Shown: one piece after another, positions 1 through 10,868 of the stretch
How the letters are laid out: every line of letters begins with the position of its first letter
How positions within the stretch are numbered: the first letter of the stretch is position 1
DNA from: a bacterium
Lineage (GTDB): Bacteria; Electryoneota; JAOADG01
Length of the DNA stretch: 64,000 nt
NCBI GenBank assembly: GCA_963681965.1
Contig: OY820579.1
Span: forward strand, 3,328,001-3,392,000
Reading direction: 5' to 3'
Position numbers and translations under genes: made by a program
Notes under the pieces: generated by a model
Told to the model about the DNA's origin: nothing
What the model saw: the letters and a program-made list of their open reading frames with translations, nothing else
Databases searched by the model: none

Positions 1-392
1 GGAAAAATTGCACGATCGTATTGCTGTAGGTCAGAACTTGTTCTGACCACCTCTTGTGTCCAAAATTGGTCGGGCGACTGCTGAGGGTCGACATTACGGC
101 AGGATACAGGATTCAAGAGAAGAAAGATCGCGGACTAAAGTCCGCCGCTACCAAAAATAATCACAAGATCGGGCGGGCGCGGAGGGACGCCCCTATGGAA
201 AAATTGTACGATCGTATTGCTGTAGGTCAGAACTTGTTCTGACCACCTCTTGTATCCAAAATCGGGCGGGCGACTGCTGAGGGTCGACATTACGGCAGGA
301 TACAGGATTCAAGAGAAGAAAGATCGCGGACTAAAGTCCGCCGCTACCAAAAATAATCACAAGATCGGGCGGGCGCGGGGACCCGCCCCTAC
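1..392. repeat. Tandem duplication (~196-bp unit, 1-196 / 197-392) of a composite REP-like array
   Basis: The two units are nearly identical. Each contains GTAGGTCAGAACTTGTTCTGACC, CGCGGACTAAAGTCCGCCGCTAC and a GGGCGGGCGC..CGCCCCTA palindrome. Confidence 0.9.
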
Positions 393-405
393 TTCATACT
401 ATGAA

Positions 406-1656
406 CTACTTTAACAGTACGATCTTTTGGATCTGAGTGAAACTGCCGGCGGTGAGACGGACGAAATAGGTACCGGTGGCGAGACTCTTGCCATCGAATG
501 TAAAGGTGTACTCGCCGGGATCCTGCTCGAAATTCACGAGTTTCGCGACCTCTTTTCCGGTCACATCGAATACACGGAGATCGACCTTCCCGCTCTTTGC
601 GACCGCATAGCGGATGGAAGTGGTGGCATTAAATGGATTGGGATAATTCGGTTTCAGCGAGAAGTTGGTGGGAACCGTTTCGCTGACACGATCGACGACA
701 CCGAGCGCCTGCGAACAGTCGTAGATGCCGATGTTGGAATCATCAGCCAGATAAATCGTATCGCCCACCACAGCACACTGGTTTGCTTCCCCGGGTGTAT
801 TGTAGAATCCGACTTCATGAGGGTTCGCTGGAATAGTGATATTAATGATTCGTAAACCCGTAGCCTCGGCAACATAGGCATAATTGCCGGAAACGGTCAC
901 GCCACGAGCGTAACCGGGTGTATCGTAGAAACCGACTCGTTGTGGGTTTGTCGGATTGCTGATATCGATAATCCGCAATCCTGCATAACAATCGGCGACG
1001 TAGGCATAGTTGCCGGAAACGGTGACACCATATGCACAATCGGGCGTATAGTAGAACCCGACTTGTTGCGGATTTTCCGGATTGCTGATATTGATGATTT
1101 GCAAACCCGAATACCAATCGGCAACATAGGCAAAATTGCCGGAAACGGTGACACCAACAGCATAATCTGGAGTAGTGCAGAAACCTACTGCGGTGGGTGC
1201 TGCTGGATTGCTGACATCGATGATCCGCAATCCTGCCATGGAAGCGGCAATATAGGCATAGTAACCGGAAACGGTAACACCATATGCACAATCGGGCGTA
1301 TAGTAGAACCCGACTTGTTGCGGATTTTCCGGATTGCTGATATTGATGATTCGCAAGCCGTAATCATGTGCGGCGACATAGGCATAATTGCCGGAAACAG
1401 CCACGTGATTCGCAAAATCAGGCAAATTGCAAATGGCTACTTGTTGGGGGGTTGCCGGATTGGAGATGCTGATGATTCGTAAGCCGGCATACCCATCGGC
1501 GACATAAGCATAGTTGCCCTGTAACGCTACCGCTTGCGAATTTGTCTGCCAAAATCGTCCGAGGCAGGTTACACCGGAGCTATCTTGCGCGAACGCAATA
1601 TTCATCGAGAGCAATACGAACAGGATACAAAATAGAAGGTGTCGCAGTGGTTTCAC
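406..1656 (-). CDS. Secreted LVIVD-repeat (beta-propeller) protein with T9SS/FlgD-like CTD
   Basis: Signal peptide, repeated 'GVTVSGNYAYVAD..GLRIIDISNP' units, and C-terminal 'PNYPNPFNATT...KIVLLK'. GTG start at 1656 follows AAGGA (ORF track starts at 1674). Confidence 0.9.
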   Translation of the reverse strand: MKPLRHLLFCILFVLLSMNIAFAQDSSGVTCLGRFWQTNSQAVALQGNYAYVADGYAGLRIISISNPATPQQVAICNLPDFANHVAVSGNYAYVAAHDYGLRIINISNPENPQQVGFYYTPDCAYGVTVSGYYAYIAASMAGLRIIDVSNPAAPTAVGFCTTPDYAVGVTVSGNFAYVADWYSGLQIINISNPENPQQVGFYYTPDCAYGVTVSGNYAYVADCYAGLRIIDISNPTNPQRVGFYDTPGYARGVTVSGNYAYVAEATGLRIINITIPANPHEVGFYNTPGEANQCAVVGDTIYLADDSNIGIYDCSQALGVVDRVSETVPTNFSLKPNYPNPFNATTSIRYAVAKSGKVDLRVFDVTGKEVAKLVNFEQDPGEYTFTFDGKSLATGTYFVRLTAGSFTQIQKIVLLK

Positions 1657-1788
1657 AGGTAGTTCCTTTCTCAATGATAGCAGTGCAATCGGTTCGTTAT
1701 CGGATTATCGGGATGGTAATATGATAGTATAGGATCAAAACAGATCCAAGCGAAATTCCTGCCAAATCGTAAATATTCGCTGCATTCA

Positions 1789-2199
1789 GTAGAGGCGGGT
1801 CCCCGGCCCGCCCGTTCTTGTATCTTCTATCTTGTATCTTGCAGTAGGGGCGCCTCCCCGCGGGCGCCCGGTCTTGTATCTTTATTTTTTTATCTTTTCC
1901 CACCACCTACCACCCACCCCCCATCACCCATCTTTACCGTATGTCGGAATTTATTCCGACTCTTTCCTTTTCAAGTAGTGGCGTATTGAATACTCTCCGC
2001 GGGCGCCTCCGCGCCCGTTTCGGGCGGTTCGCGAACCGCCCCTACCAAAAAGGATAAACAGAATAATGAGTAGGTCGCCACATGCGCCGAACGGCGCATT
2101 CGCAATGACAAATCAGGATACAAAAACGGGCGGGCATGGGAGCCCGCCCCTACTACTGCAGAAAAGATAACAGAAAGGGCGTATGCCATACGCCCCTAC
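1789..2199. repeat. Mosaic REP-like palindrome array
   Basis: Several GTAG(A/G)GGCG..CGCCC hairpins, GTATGTCGGAATTTATTCCGAC and GGGCGTATGCCATACGCCCCTAC, separated by TCTTGTA and CCACCCA heptamers. Confidence 0.85.
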
Positions 2200-2226
2200 G
2201 ACAAGATACAAGATTATAAAAAAATA

Positions 2227-3573
2227 CTATCGTCCCTGACGTAGCGTATAGGAGAATTTCTTCTCGCCCATCGCCGGAATCCGCACAGTGAATTCCTGCT
2301 CCGACGCACTCTTCTCCACCGGCGCAATCGTCGCATCGCGAATCGACCACTCCCCGCCCGACCGCGCAGTCGCAATCACCGTGACATCCGACGCTTTCCG
2401 ATTCTTCAAAATCACCTGATAATCCGTTTCCGTCACACCGACCGAGATCTGACGATACTTCTTTTGAATCGTTTCCGCCGTCACATCGAATGCATTTCCC
2501 ACCGTCAATTTCACATCGCTGTTGATCGGCGTGTGATCGATCCGGTCTTCTCCGATAAATTCGCGATTGCCCGACGTTTCCGCTTGGAACAGCCGCACCC
2601 GCCCTGCCGGCATCGGAATTTCCAAGCCCGATGGTTTGTCCGATTTGAACAGAACTTTCACACTCACCTGCTTGTTGCCGGGCTGAATATCGTAGCGGTA
2701 TTCCTGCGAATACGGCACATTCGCCGCCGTCAGCAGTGAAATCTGTTTCCGTTCGCGATCGTTGATACTGCTCGGTCGCTGCAATTCGTACAAATGATAT
2801 TCGAATAAATTGCGCTGTTCGAATTGCGGCGAAGGTGCCGCATCAACCGCCATCTCCATCGCCATCCCGCCGCGCGCTTTGTACATCCGGTTCATATCCT
2901 GCACCCGGTTCACATCGCCCGCAATCAATTTCAAATTCGCATTCGGATAACTGCCGCCGCTGTTATTATTGATATCGACCCACCCCTGCAGATCTAGTTT
3001 ATTGCCTGATGGCGGCAGCACGGCGATATATTCCGCCGCCCAACTGATGCCGTTCGTCGTATACGAGAGTTCCGCCGATTGATTCGATTTACCGCGATTG
3101 TCGATATGCCAAATCAACGTCGGTTTCATGTACAGCCCTTCGGAATTGCCCGGTACCAATATCTGCCGGATTCCACTCTGGATGATCCGCATCTCTTTCG
3201 CGGTTTCGAGCACGATGCCCCAGCCACTCGATGTCAGCAATTTCCCCGAAACGACATTCCCTTCCTGCATCACGATGTCGACCTGCTCGCCCAAGCGCCG
3301 CTGCAATAGCCGCTCCTGACTGACCAGATCGTATTCGAAATTCTGCTCAATCACATACCCATTCGACAACGACAACTTCACCGAGGTCGGATCGATATTC
3401 GCCGCGACATCGGAGATCGAAATCTTGTTGCCATCGTCGATCGTCACATCGCGCACTTCGCGCACCACTGCGATATCGTTATTATAAACCGTCAGGTGGA
3501 TCGATCGCTCCGCGGCAATGACCGGCAGCGTTAGCAGCAATCCCAATAAAATCGTGATGATCGTCGTTTTCAT
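2227..3573 (-). CDS. DUF4139-domain secreted protein
   Basis: Signal peptide and family motifs 'LTVYNNDIAVVRE', 'EQNFEYDL', 'FEYHLYEL', 'FIGEDRIDHTP'. Confidence 0.85.
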   Translation of the reverse strand: MKTTIITILLGLLLTLPVIAAERSIHLTVYNNDIAVVREVRDVTIDDGNKISISDVAANIDPTSVKLSLSNGYVIEQNFEYDLVSQERLLQRRLGEQVDIVMQEGNVVSGKLLTSSGWGIVLETAKEMRIIQSGIRQILVPGNSEGLYMKPTLIWHIDNRGKSNQSAELSYTTNGISWAAEYIAVLPPSGNKLDLQGWVDINNNSGGSYPNANLKLIAGDVNRVQDMNRMYKARGGMAMEMAVDAAPSPQFEQRNLFEYHLYELQRPSSINDRERKQISLLTAANVPYSQEYRYDIQPGNKQVSVKVLFKSDKPSGLEIPMPAGRVRLFQAETSGNREFIGEDRIDHTPINSDVKLTVGNAFDVTAETIQKKYRQISVGVTETDYQVILKNRKASDVTVIATARSGGEWSIRDATIAPVEKSASEQEFTVRIPAMGEKKFSYTLRQGR

Positions 3574-3602
3574 AAAGATATATCCTCGTCGGTTGTGCAG
3601 AA

Positions 3603-4028
3603 TTATTCCGATTTCATCCGTTGTTTCACCTTCGGCGCCAATTCATCGTCGGGATAGTCGCGCAGGAAACGTTCCCATTCGGCTTTCGCTTTATCCAATT
3701 TGCCCAGTTTCATATAACATTGACCGAGCATGAACCGGGCGTGTTTCTCTTTGTTGGAATTCTTGACGGACGCCGCCAGTGCATACTCCGCGGTAGCCTC
3801 TTCGACGCGACCGAGACCCAATAGCGCCTCTCCCGACCAGTAATGAAAATTGCCGGTAAGCGTATGATTGCTATAGCTCGTTGCCAGTTCCCGGAATTCC
3901 TTCAACGCTTCCAGCCGCTTCCCCTGCTGCATTTTTTCCAGTGCCGCGGTGTAGCGCGCATTCACATCGACTGCGAACGCAGTCACGGAAACGCAAAGCA
4001 GTAACAAGATCAAAATGAATTTGTTCAT
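3603..4028 (-). CDS. Periplasmic TPR protein (YbgF/CpoB C-terminal-like)
   Basis: Signal peptide and TPR helices 'NFHYWSGEALL', 'ARFMLGQCY..LG', 'LRDYP'. Confidence 0.8.
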   Translation of the reverse strand: MNKFILILLLLCVSVTAFAVDVNARYTAALEKMQQGKRLEALKEFRELATSYSNHTLTGNFHYWSGEALLGLGRVEEATAEYALAASVKNSNKEKHARFMLGQCYMKLGKLDKAKAEWERFLRDYPDDELAPKVKQRMKSE

Positions 4029-4100
4029 CGGAAAATCCTGTGTCTGTGGTAACGATTATTTTCGTCACCACAGACCTTGTATCAATTCAAACGTGAAATC

Positions 4101-5576
4101 TTACGGAACCCGGATCAAAATATCGATCCGGCGATTCTGGATCCGACCTTCGCGGGTACTATTGTCCGCAATCGGTTTCTCGGAACCGTATCCGGTCGAA
4201 GTGATGCGGCTTTCGGACAAGCCGAGATTCGATCGCAAATAGTCGGCAACTGCAGCGGCACGATCCTGCGATATTTTTTTATTGCGTACTTCATCACCCG
4301 ACGAGTCGCTGTGACCTTCGACAACAAACGAACAGGTGCTGAATTCCTGAAGACCGGAAACGACTTTATTCAGCAATTTCTGCATCGCATTCGTTACATT
4401 CGACGAGCCTGCCGGGAACGACAATCCGGACAATCGCAGCAAAATCGTACCTTTCGGATCGACAACGCTGGCTTTCGCTTCCTTGGCTGAGAAATTGTCG
4501 GAAAGCAGCGTGGCTTTTTCGACAATCATCTTCTGTCGCTTCAATACGTCGGATTCGCGCTGGGCAATACCCAACCGGCTTTCCAGTTCGGCGACGCGAA
4601 GTTGCGTCTTCGACAATTCGCTCTCAAGACGGGTGCGGGTATCCTGAAAATTCTTCTCGAGGAATGTATACTTTTGATCTTTCAGTGACATCTGCGATTG
4701 TGCCGCAAGCCGAAGCGAATCGATCGCCAGCAGAATTGTACGACTGGCACCGTCGGCACCATCACTCCAATCCAAATCCAGATTCATCCGGCGCGAGAAC
4801 CCGAGCAAAAACTCTTCGTAATAGAGAAAACCTTTTTCCCAACCGCTCTTCTCTTTTTCGAATTTCTTTGCCATCTCGGCGATTTTTTGTGCGTGCTTCC
4901 CTTCCATCGTCGCTAATTTGGCAGCTTCTTGTGCCTTTGCACCGGTATAGGCATTCTGCTTCAGCATATCTTCCGCACTTTGGAGCGCTTCCGCTGCCGA
5001 ACGGAAGGTCAAAGGCGAGTAGGTTTCCGCGCCAAGTTTCCGGGCAGATTCAACAGCGTCACGGGCACTGCGCAATACCGTATTGCGAACCGCTTCGGTT
5101 TCGGCGCGATTGAACCGGTCGATCATCTCCCGTTCCCGTTTTCGCGCTGCATCCAGCGAATTGTCTTCCAAATCGCCGATCACTTTATCCCACAAATCCT
5201 TCGCGTTCTCCCATTCTTTCTTGGCGGCGGTCGGTGCATTCATTTCCATTGCCCGGGCGCGAGCTGGAATCACTCCGGACAATACTTTATGTCCGATATC
5301 GGCGGTTTCGCTCGCTTTCTTCGCCTGATCGATCGCACGGTTGAGCAGTGCATCGATATCCTTCTGGGCTTTTTTCTTCGCAATTGCTTTCTTGGCATCA
5401 TCAAGTGCCTCTTTCGCCTTGCCCAACGTCTTCGGACTCAAGAAATCGGCATCGTTCGAATCGGCTTCGGCAATGACTGCTTCGGCTTGGTCTTGAAGTT
5501 GCTGCGCTAAGGCGGGAACCATCGACATCGTTAGAAAAGCAGCAATTATGCAAAGAATAGAGAATTTTTTGGTCAT
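4101..5576 (-). CDS. OmpA-family peptidoglycan-binding protein with long helical (DUF4398-like) N-terminus
   Basis: Signal peptide, Ala-rich helical region, and OmpA C-domain 'VEGHSDSSG...ISQDRA..V...GYGSEKPIADN...NRRIDI'. Confidence 0.88.
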   Translation of the reverse strand: MTKKFSILCIIAAFLTMSMVPALAQQLQDQAEAVIAEADSNDADFLSPKTLGKAKEALDDAKKAIAKKKAQKDIDALLNRAIDQAKKASETADIGHKVLSGVIPARARAMEMNAPTAAKKEWENAKDLWDKVIGDLEDNSLDAARKREREMIDRFNRAETEAVRNTVLRSARDAVESARKLGAETYSPLTFRSAAEALQSAEDMLKQNAYTGAKAQEAAKLATMEGKHAQKIAEMAKKFEKEKSGWEKGFLYYEEFLLGFSRRMNLDLDWSDGADGASRTILLAIDSLRLAAQSQMSLKDQKYTFLEKNFQDTRTRLESELSKTQLRVAELESRLGIAQRESDVLKRQKMIVEKATLLSDNFSAKEAKASVVDPKGTILLRLSGLSFPAGSSNVTNAMQKLLNKVVSGLQEFSTCSFVVEGHSDSSGDEVRNKKISQDRAAAVADYLRSNLGLSESRITSTGYGSEKPIADNSTREGRIQNRRIDILIRVP

Positions 5577-6081
5577 CGTGATCCTCTTTAGTAGATGTTA
5601 GTGAAGATATTTAATATAACAAATTTCCGACGATGAATGTTAGAACTTGAGACCGGATAACATAAATATCGCTGTAAAGGAATATCCAGCGAATTGAGTT
5701 AGAAAAATCAAGATTTGGTCCGAAATTAAGTACTCTAACAGTAATGAATGCGATTTTCTTGATTAAGAGGGTATTTATCGAATCGACTTACTACAGGATT
5801 CGGAATATTATGGTTTAACTTCTGAATATTTCCAGAATCTCAACCCTCGGTATTGCGATATTCGAAGTACTTCAATATGTTAACTCAGCCTTGAATACTT
5901 CGATTTTCGAGTCCATTCTTAAATTGAAGCATTGATTCCTCTTCGATTGCTACTGATTTTCACGATTAGCAAGTACTATTTCTCGAGATCGCAATAGCCC
6001 TTGATGAAGGGGCTAGGAAGCTCGATGTAAGGTTTCTGATAGATTAGATCGTTCGATATAACTTTCGATGAGGTTCCATGA

Positions 6082-8742
6082 ATGACTACCGGTAATAATC
6101 AAATATACCCATCGTCTTCGCGAAAATTAAGTCTTCGCTTCATCACGGTTGCGGTAACATTGATTATTCTCGGGATTGGGTTGATGTTCTCCTGGTTCGA
6201 AGCCCATTCGGAAATCCGTAATCTGAATGAAACGATGCTCGCGCAAGCTCGAATGTTGACCGAATCTTTGGATCGCGATCGCATTACCCGCTTATCTGGA
6301 ACACTTGCCGATACGGCTTCTTCGGACTACAAATTCCTGCGCGAAAAAATCATTCGCATTCGCGAAGCGAATCCCAAATATCGGTTCATGTATTTGATGG
6401 GCAAACACGGCTCCAGTAAACCCTTCTTTTACATGGGTACGGCACTGGAAAATTCCACCGATTACTCTCCTCCCGGACAAATCTACGAAGAAGATTCACC
6501 GACACTGAATGCTGTGTTCGCGAAGAATCAAGCGAGTATCAGTCCGCCGTTCAAGGATCGGTGGGGAACTTGGATCAGCACACTCATTCCTATTACCGAC
6601 CCGAACACCGGAAAAGTAATTGCGGTATTTGGAATGGATGTCGATGCTGCCGATTGGCGATTGCAAATCATCAAGGGCTCGATTCTCCCCTTTATCATGG
6701 CAATTATCGCAATTGTACTCATCGGCGCCGGTACCGAAAATATCCGACGTCGACAATTGGCTACTCAAATCGCACTGAAACAGAAAGCTGACGATCTTCA
6801 GCGCGAAAACGAAGAATTTCGCCTGCGGATTTTCGAGCATTCGCAGATTCCGATTGTGGTGATTGATGTAGCGACCTTCAAGATTATCGAATGCAATCAA
6901 GCAGCAGTCGAAATATTTGGTTTGAATTCGCGCGATGAGCTAATGGCAAGTTCCCCAGTTACGGTCTCGCAGCCTTTCCAATACGACGGAACACCATCCA
7001 GTGATAAGGCGAAACGCTACATTGAAAAAGCGATTCGGGACGGTTTGGTCGTTTTTGATTGGCTCCATCGCAGACCGAATGGCGAGATCTGGGATGGTGA
7101 GATTCACTTGATGAGTTTTCGGACTGGCGATCGTCAGATGGTGCAGTTTACGATTTCCGATATCACCGAGCGAAAACGGGTCGAGCAAAAATTACGCGAA
7201 GAACAGGAATTTACTTCATCGATACTCGAAGGGATTCCCGGTCTGCTATACATCTACGATGACGCCGGACAAATCGTGCGCTGGAACAAGAATCTGGAAA
7301 TTTTATCGGGATTCCATTCCGACGAAGTGAATTCGATGAAAGTTACCGATTGGTTTGGTGGCAAACAGCCGGATACTTCAATTGTCGAGAATGCGATTAA
7401 AGAGGTACTGGAATCCGGTATCTACACTTTTGAAGCAAATCTTGTGACGAAAGACGATCGATCCTTACCATTTTATTTCACGTGTGTCAAATTGATTGCC
7501 GGAAACAAGCGGTACTTTACCGGTATCGGCATCGATTTATCCGAACGGAAGCAAGCCGAACTTGAGAAGGATAAGCTCCAAAAACAATTACTTCAATCGC
7601 AGAAAATGGAAGCAGTCGGACATCTTGCCGGTGGCGTAGCCCACGATTTCAACAATATGCTCGCTGCGATCATCGGCTATTCCGAAATGGCGCTTCTTTC
7701 CACACCGCCGAAATCGAAACTGCACGAAGAAATTCTCGAAATTCATAAAGCCGCCAACAAGTCGGCGGATTTAACCCGTCAATTGCTCGCATTCGCTCGT
7801 CAACAACCGGTTAAACCGGTTATTATCAATCTGAATCAAACTGTCGATGGGATGTTGAAAATGCTTCGCCGCCTGATCGGTGAAGACCTCGAATTGGATT
7901 GGAAACCGAGCGGTACGATCTGGAATATCGAAATCGATCCCACTCAGATCGATCAGATTCTCGCGAATCTGGTCGTGAATGCCCGCGATGCGATTAAGTC
8001 GATTCGACCCATCGGAACGATCACGATCAGCACGGAAAATTATCACTGTAGTATCGACGATCCCAGTCGTCCGTTCGATCTACCGGCAGGACAGTATGTG
8101 CGACTGAATGTCAGCGATAATGGCTGTGGAATGACCAAGGAAGTACTGCAACAGGTATTCGAACCATTCTTCTCGACCAAAGGGGTTGGAAAAGGTACCG
8201 GTTTGGGTCTCTCTACGGTATACGGTATTGTAAAACAGAATAAGGGTACGATTCATGTCTACAGCGAACCGGAAGTCGGTTCGACATTTTCGATCTTCTT
8301 TGTTCGACATGAAAGCGACGAGATTAAAACGCAATCTATCGTTGCCAACACCCATTTTCGCAGCGGATCGGAGACGATCCTATTGGTCGAAGACGAGCAT
8401 ACTATTCTCAATCTGGTGGAACAGAGTCTGAAAAATTTGGGATACAATGTCATTGCTGCCGGGAATCCGGTACAAGCGATTGCTCTGATTAAACAGAATT
8501 CCCACTCGTTCGATTTGGTGATTACCGATGTGATCATGCCGGAAATGACTGGTCGGGAAATGGTGCTCGAACTGGTGAAGTTGCGGGACGCGTTTAAAGT
8601 GCTTTATATGTCTGGTTATCCGGCTGAAGTCATCGCGACGAAAGGGGTTTTGGATGTAAGTGTCAATTTCATTCAAAAACCGTTCTCATTGATCGATTTT
8701 TCGATGAAAGTCCGATCCATCCTCGATGCGAAGCTGGCATAA
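6082..8742 (+). CDS. Membrane hybrid sensor histidine kinase (Cache-like, 2 PAS, HisKA, HATPase, REC)
   Basis: Two TM segments, 'LAGGVAHDFNNML', 'FEPFFSTKGVGKGTGLGL', and receiver 'ILLVEDE...DVIMP...SGY...KPF'. Confidence 0.93.
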   Translation: MTTGNNQIYPSSSRKLSLRFITVAVTLIILGIGLMFSWFEAHSEIRNLNETMLAQARMLTESLDRDRITRLSGTLADTASSDYKFLREKIIRIREANPKYRFMYLMGKHGSSKPFFYMGTALENSTDYSPPGQIYEEDSPTLNAVFAKNQASISPPFKDRWGTWISTLIPITDPNTGKVIAVFGMDVDAADWRLQIIKGSILPFIMAIIAIVLIGAGTENIRRRQLATQIALKQKADDLQRENEEFRLRIFEHSQIPIVVIDVATFKIIECNQAAVEIFGLNSRDELMASSPVTVSQPFQYDGTPSSDKAKRYIEKAIRDGLVVFDWLHRRPNGEIWDGEIHLMSFRTGDRQMVQFTISDITERKRVEQKLREEQEFTSSILEGIPGLLYIYDDAGQIVRWNKNLEILSGFHSDEVNSMKVTDWFGGKQPDTSIVENAIKEVLESGIYTFEANLVTKDDRSLPFYFTCVKLIAGNKRYFTGIGIDLSERKQAELEKDKLQKQLLQSQKMEAVGHLAGGVAHDFNNMLAAIIGYSEMALLSTPPKSKLHEEILEIHKAANKSADLTRQLLAFARQQPVKPVIINLNQTVDGMLKMLRRLIGEDLELDWKPSGTIWNIEIDPTQIDQILANLVVNARDAIKSIRPIGTITISTENYHCSIDDPSRPFDLPAGQYVRLNVSDNGCGMTKEVLQQVFEPFFSTKGVGKGTGLGLSTVYGIVKQNKGTIHVYSEPEVGSTFSIFFVRHESDEIKTQSIVANTHFRSGSETILLVEDEHTILNLVEQSLKNLGYNVIAAGNPVQAIALIKQNSHSFDLVITDVIMPEMTGREMVLELVKLRDAFKVLYMSGYPAEVIATKGVLDVSVNFIQKPFSLIDFSMKVRSILDAKLA

Positions 8743-8802
8743 CCTGCCACATCCCATTGTGGGATCTTTCATCTTTTCCCAACACCTACCACCCATCTTT
8801 TC

Positions 8803-9046
8803 GGTGGCGCAGGCCTCCGAGCCTGCGATCATGTTCTTTTCAGTAGGTCGGAATTTATTCCGACTCCTCTTGTGTCCAAAAATGAACGGGGGCATGCGGG
8901 GATGCCCCCCTACTTCAGGACACAAGAAGAAAAGATAACAGAAAGGGCGTATGCGATACGCCCCTACGGTAGAAAAAAGAGCGGACTATCGCCCCCACTT
9001 CAGGATGCAAGATTCAAAAATACGCGGACTAAAGTCCGCCGCTACC
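8803..9046. repeat. Mosaic REP-like palindrome array
   Basis: GTGGCGCAGGCCTCCGAGCCTGCG, GTAGGTCGGAATTTATTCCGAC, GGGGGCATGCGGGGATGCCCCCCTAC, GGGCGTATGCGATACGCCCCTAC, GCGGACTAAAGTCCGCCGCTAC. Confidence 0.85.
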
Positions 9047-9089
9047 TTACTGAATTGTCAGGCTAAAGCCTAACCCCCGAATACAGAAA

Positions 9090-9109
9090 GGAGGGCGCTA
9101 GCGCCCTCC
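9090..9109 (-). terminator. Probable intrinsic terminator of the MFS gene
   Basis: GGAGGGCGC-TA-GCGCCCTCC hairpin just downstream of the stop codon. Confidence 0.5.
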
Positions 9110-9137
9110 CCATCCGGAATTTTTAAGAACCACGCGA

Positions 9138-10715
9138 CTAGTGACTCGCACTCCCTTTCGCATTCGGGAAGGCAAACCAGATCTTCACCGCTAGTACTGT
9201 ACCCAATACCGCGAAGGGAATCAGGAACATTTGCCAGGCACCCCATCCACCCTTTCCGGTGAAGAGAATGCCGAATACCACGACCCAACTGACGACCAGC
9301 GAGACACTCGCGGCAATCGGGTAAGTCAGATTCGTGCGTTTGACATTGATCATGATCAATGCGAGAATCAATGCGGCGACAATCATCGGACCGACTACCC
9401 AGCCGAAACTACTCATATTGCTCGAGGTCAGGTAACCGATACCGAGCGACTGCAACCCCGTGCCGAGGTAAACCATTCCGTCGATCATACCGACAGCAGT
9501 ACCAGCCGCTTTGCGACCACCGAAATCCATCGTCGATGTGCCGGAGAGCATACCGTGGACGCCGATCACCGCCATCATCATCACCGCGATCGTCCAACTC
9601 AACACCTGAATATTCTGATAGAAGAATGCCGCGACGATCGATCCCACAATGAGGATCGAATACTGTAGCGCGGCAACCGGACCACGACGGCTACCGAAGA
9701 GGTGATCCGACACCCAGCCTGCCAGCATGCCGCCGCAAACACCGGCAATCAGTTGCACCAGACCCCAATTCGCTTCGATCATCGGGCGATCGGTGATGAC
9801 TCCGGACTTCACCAACTCTTTCACGTAAATGGTGTACCAGTGCATCATACCGTTGCGCATCACACCGGAACAGAATTCAATCATGGCGATCGTCAGCATG
9901 ATCGGGCTGGTGATGATTTTCTTCAGCACGACCGATAACCGGAAGGTTTCGTCGGTATCGCCGGAACTGGCATCGCCGGTATCGAAATCGGGATGACCGG
10001 CTTTCGAAGGTTTATCGAACACGACCAAATAATCGATGATGGCAAACACTACCAAAATCGCTGCGGGAATCCAGAACACCCACCAAGTCTGATCGGTGGT
10101 GGTGCCAGCGATTCCGAATACCACCCGGATCGCGTATTGCAACCAGCTCAAATCTTTGAAATGAGCCACGGTTGCTGCTGCGATGGCATCACCCCAATCG
10201 AAGGCGAAGTAGAGACCCAATGAGATCAGAATTCCGAAGATCCCGCCGAAAATACCGCGCTCCCGGACATGGAACCACGATGCATTCACCTTCACGATCG
10301 ATACGGCACCGAACGATTGGAAATACATATTGGCGGCGTATAGGATCGAAAACAGCAGGGTGCGGTGGGCAAACAGCGCGCCGGTTCGATCGCCGAGGAA
10401 GGAGTGGGTAAACATGCCGAGCAGCAAATTCATGGCTGCAACACCGATCGCGCTCACCAGAATTGCTTTGCGACCCCCCATCTTGTCGGTCAACGGTCCA
10501 TTCAGCAGAAAGGCAAAGGCATAGGTGAAGGTTCCGGCGGCGAAGATGATGCCGAAATCCTCTTTCGTCATCAAGTCGCCCAGCGCATTTTTGGCGACGG
10601 TCAGATTGTACCGACCCATGTACAGGAAGGCGTACGTCAGACCCAACGGAAACCAGTTGAAGAAGCGTCGGACTTTGTAACTACTGGAATGCAGCGGTAC
10701 TTCGGTTGCAGACAT
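9138..10715 (-). CDS. MFS transporter, GlpT/UhpC (organophosphate:Pi antiporter)-like
   Basis: About 12-14 TM helices, 'YMGRYNL', 'GPLTDKMGGRK', 'GWVSDHLFGSRRGP', 'AAGTAVG'. ATG at 10715 preferred over the ORF-track start 10757. Confidence 0.85.
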   Translation of the reverse strand: MSATEVPLHSSSYKVRRFFNWFPLGLTYAFLYMGRYNLTVAKNALGDLMTKEDFGIIFAAGTFTYAFAFLLNGPLTDKMGGRKAILVSAIGVAAMNLLLGMFTHSFLGDRTGALFAHRTLLFSILYAANMYFQSFGAVSIVKVNASWFHVRERGIFGGIFGILISLGLYFAFDWGDAIAAATVAHFKDLSWLQYAIRVVFGIAGTTTDQTWWVFWIPAAILVVFAIIDYLVVFDKPSKAGHPDFDTGDASSGDTDETFRLSVVLKKIITSPIMLTIAMIEFCSGVMRNGMMHWYTIYVKELVKSGVITDRPMIEANWGLVQLIAGVCGGMLAGWVSDHLFGSRRGPVAALQYSILIVGSIVAAFFYQNIQVLSWTIAVMMMAVIGVHGMLSGTSTMDFGGRKAAGTAVGMIDGMVYLGTGLQSLGIGYLTSSNMSSFGWVVGPMIVAALILALIMINVKRTNLTYPIAASVSLVVSWVVVFGILFTGKGGWGAWQMFLIPFAVLGTVLAVKIWFAFPNAKGSASH

Positions 10716-10868
10716 AGGACACTCGAATTTGAATGTGACGACAAAACCACTCACCACGCGAGCGGTTCTACAAAGTATTGCGAAATCGTAGACTTTACAA
10801 GATCAATCGGTCATTTCCGGTGGTTGAGCTTTTTCGACCAGTTTATTGAATTGCTATTATTATTTCCT

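Noticed and set aside
1025-1351. Diversity-generating retroelement TR/VR pair
   Set aside because: The copies are identical in-frame blades, flanking differences are not adenine-specific, and there is no reverse transcriptase.
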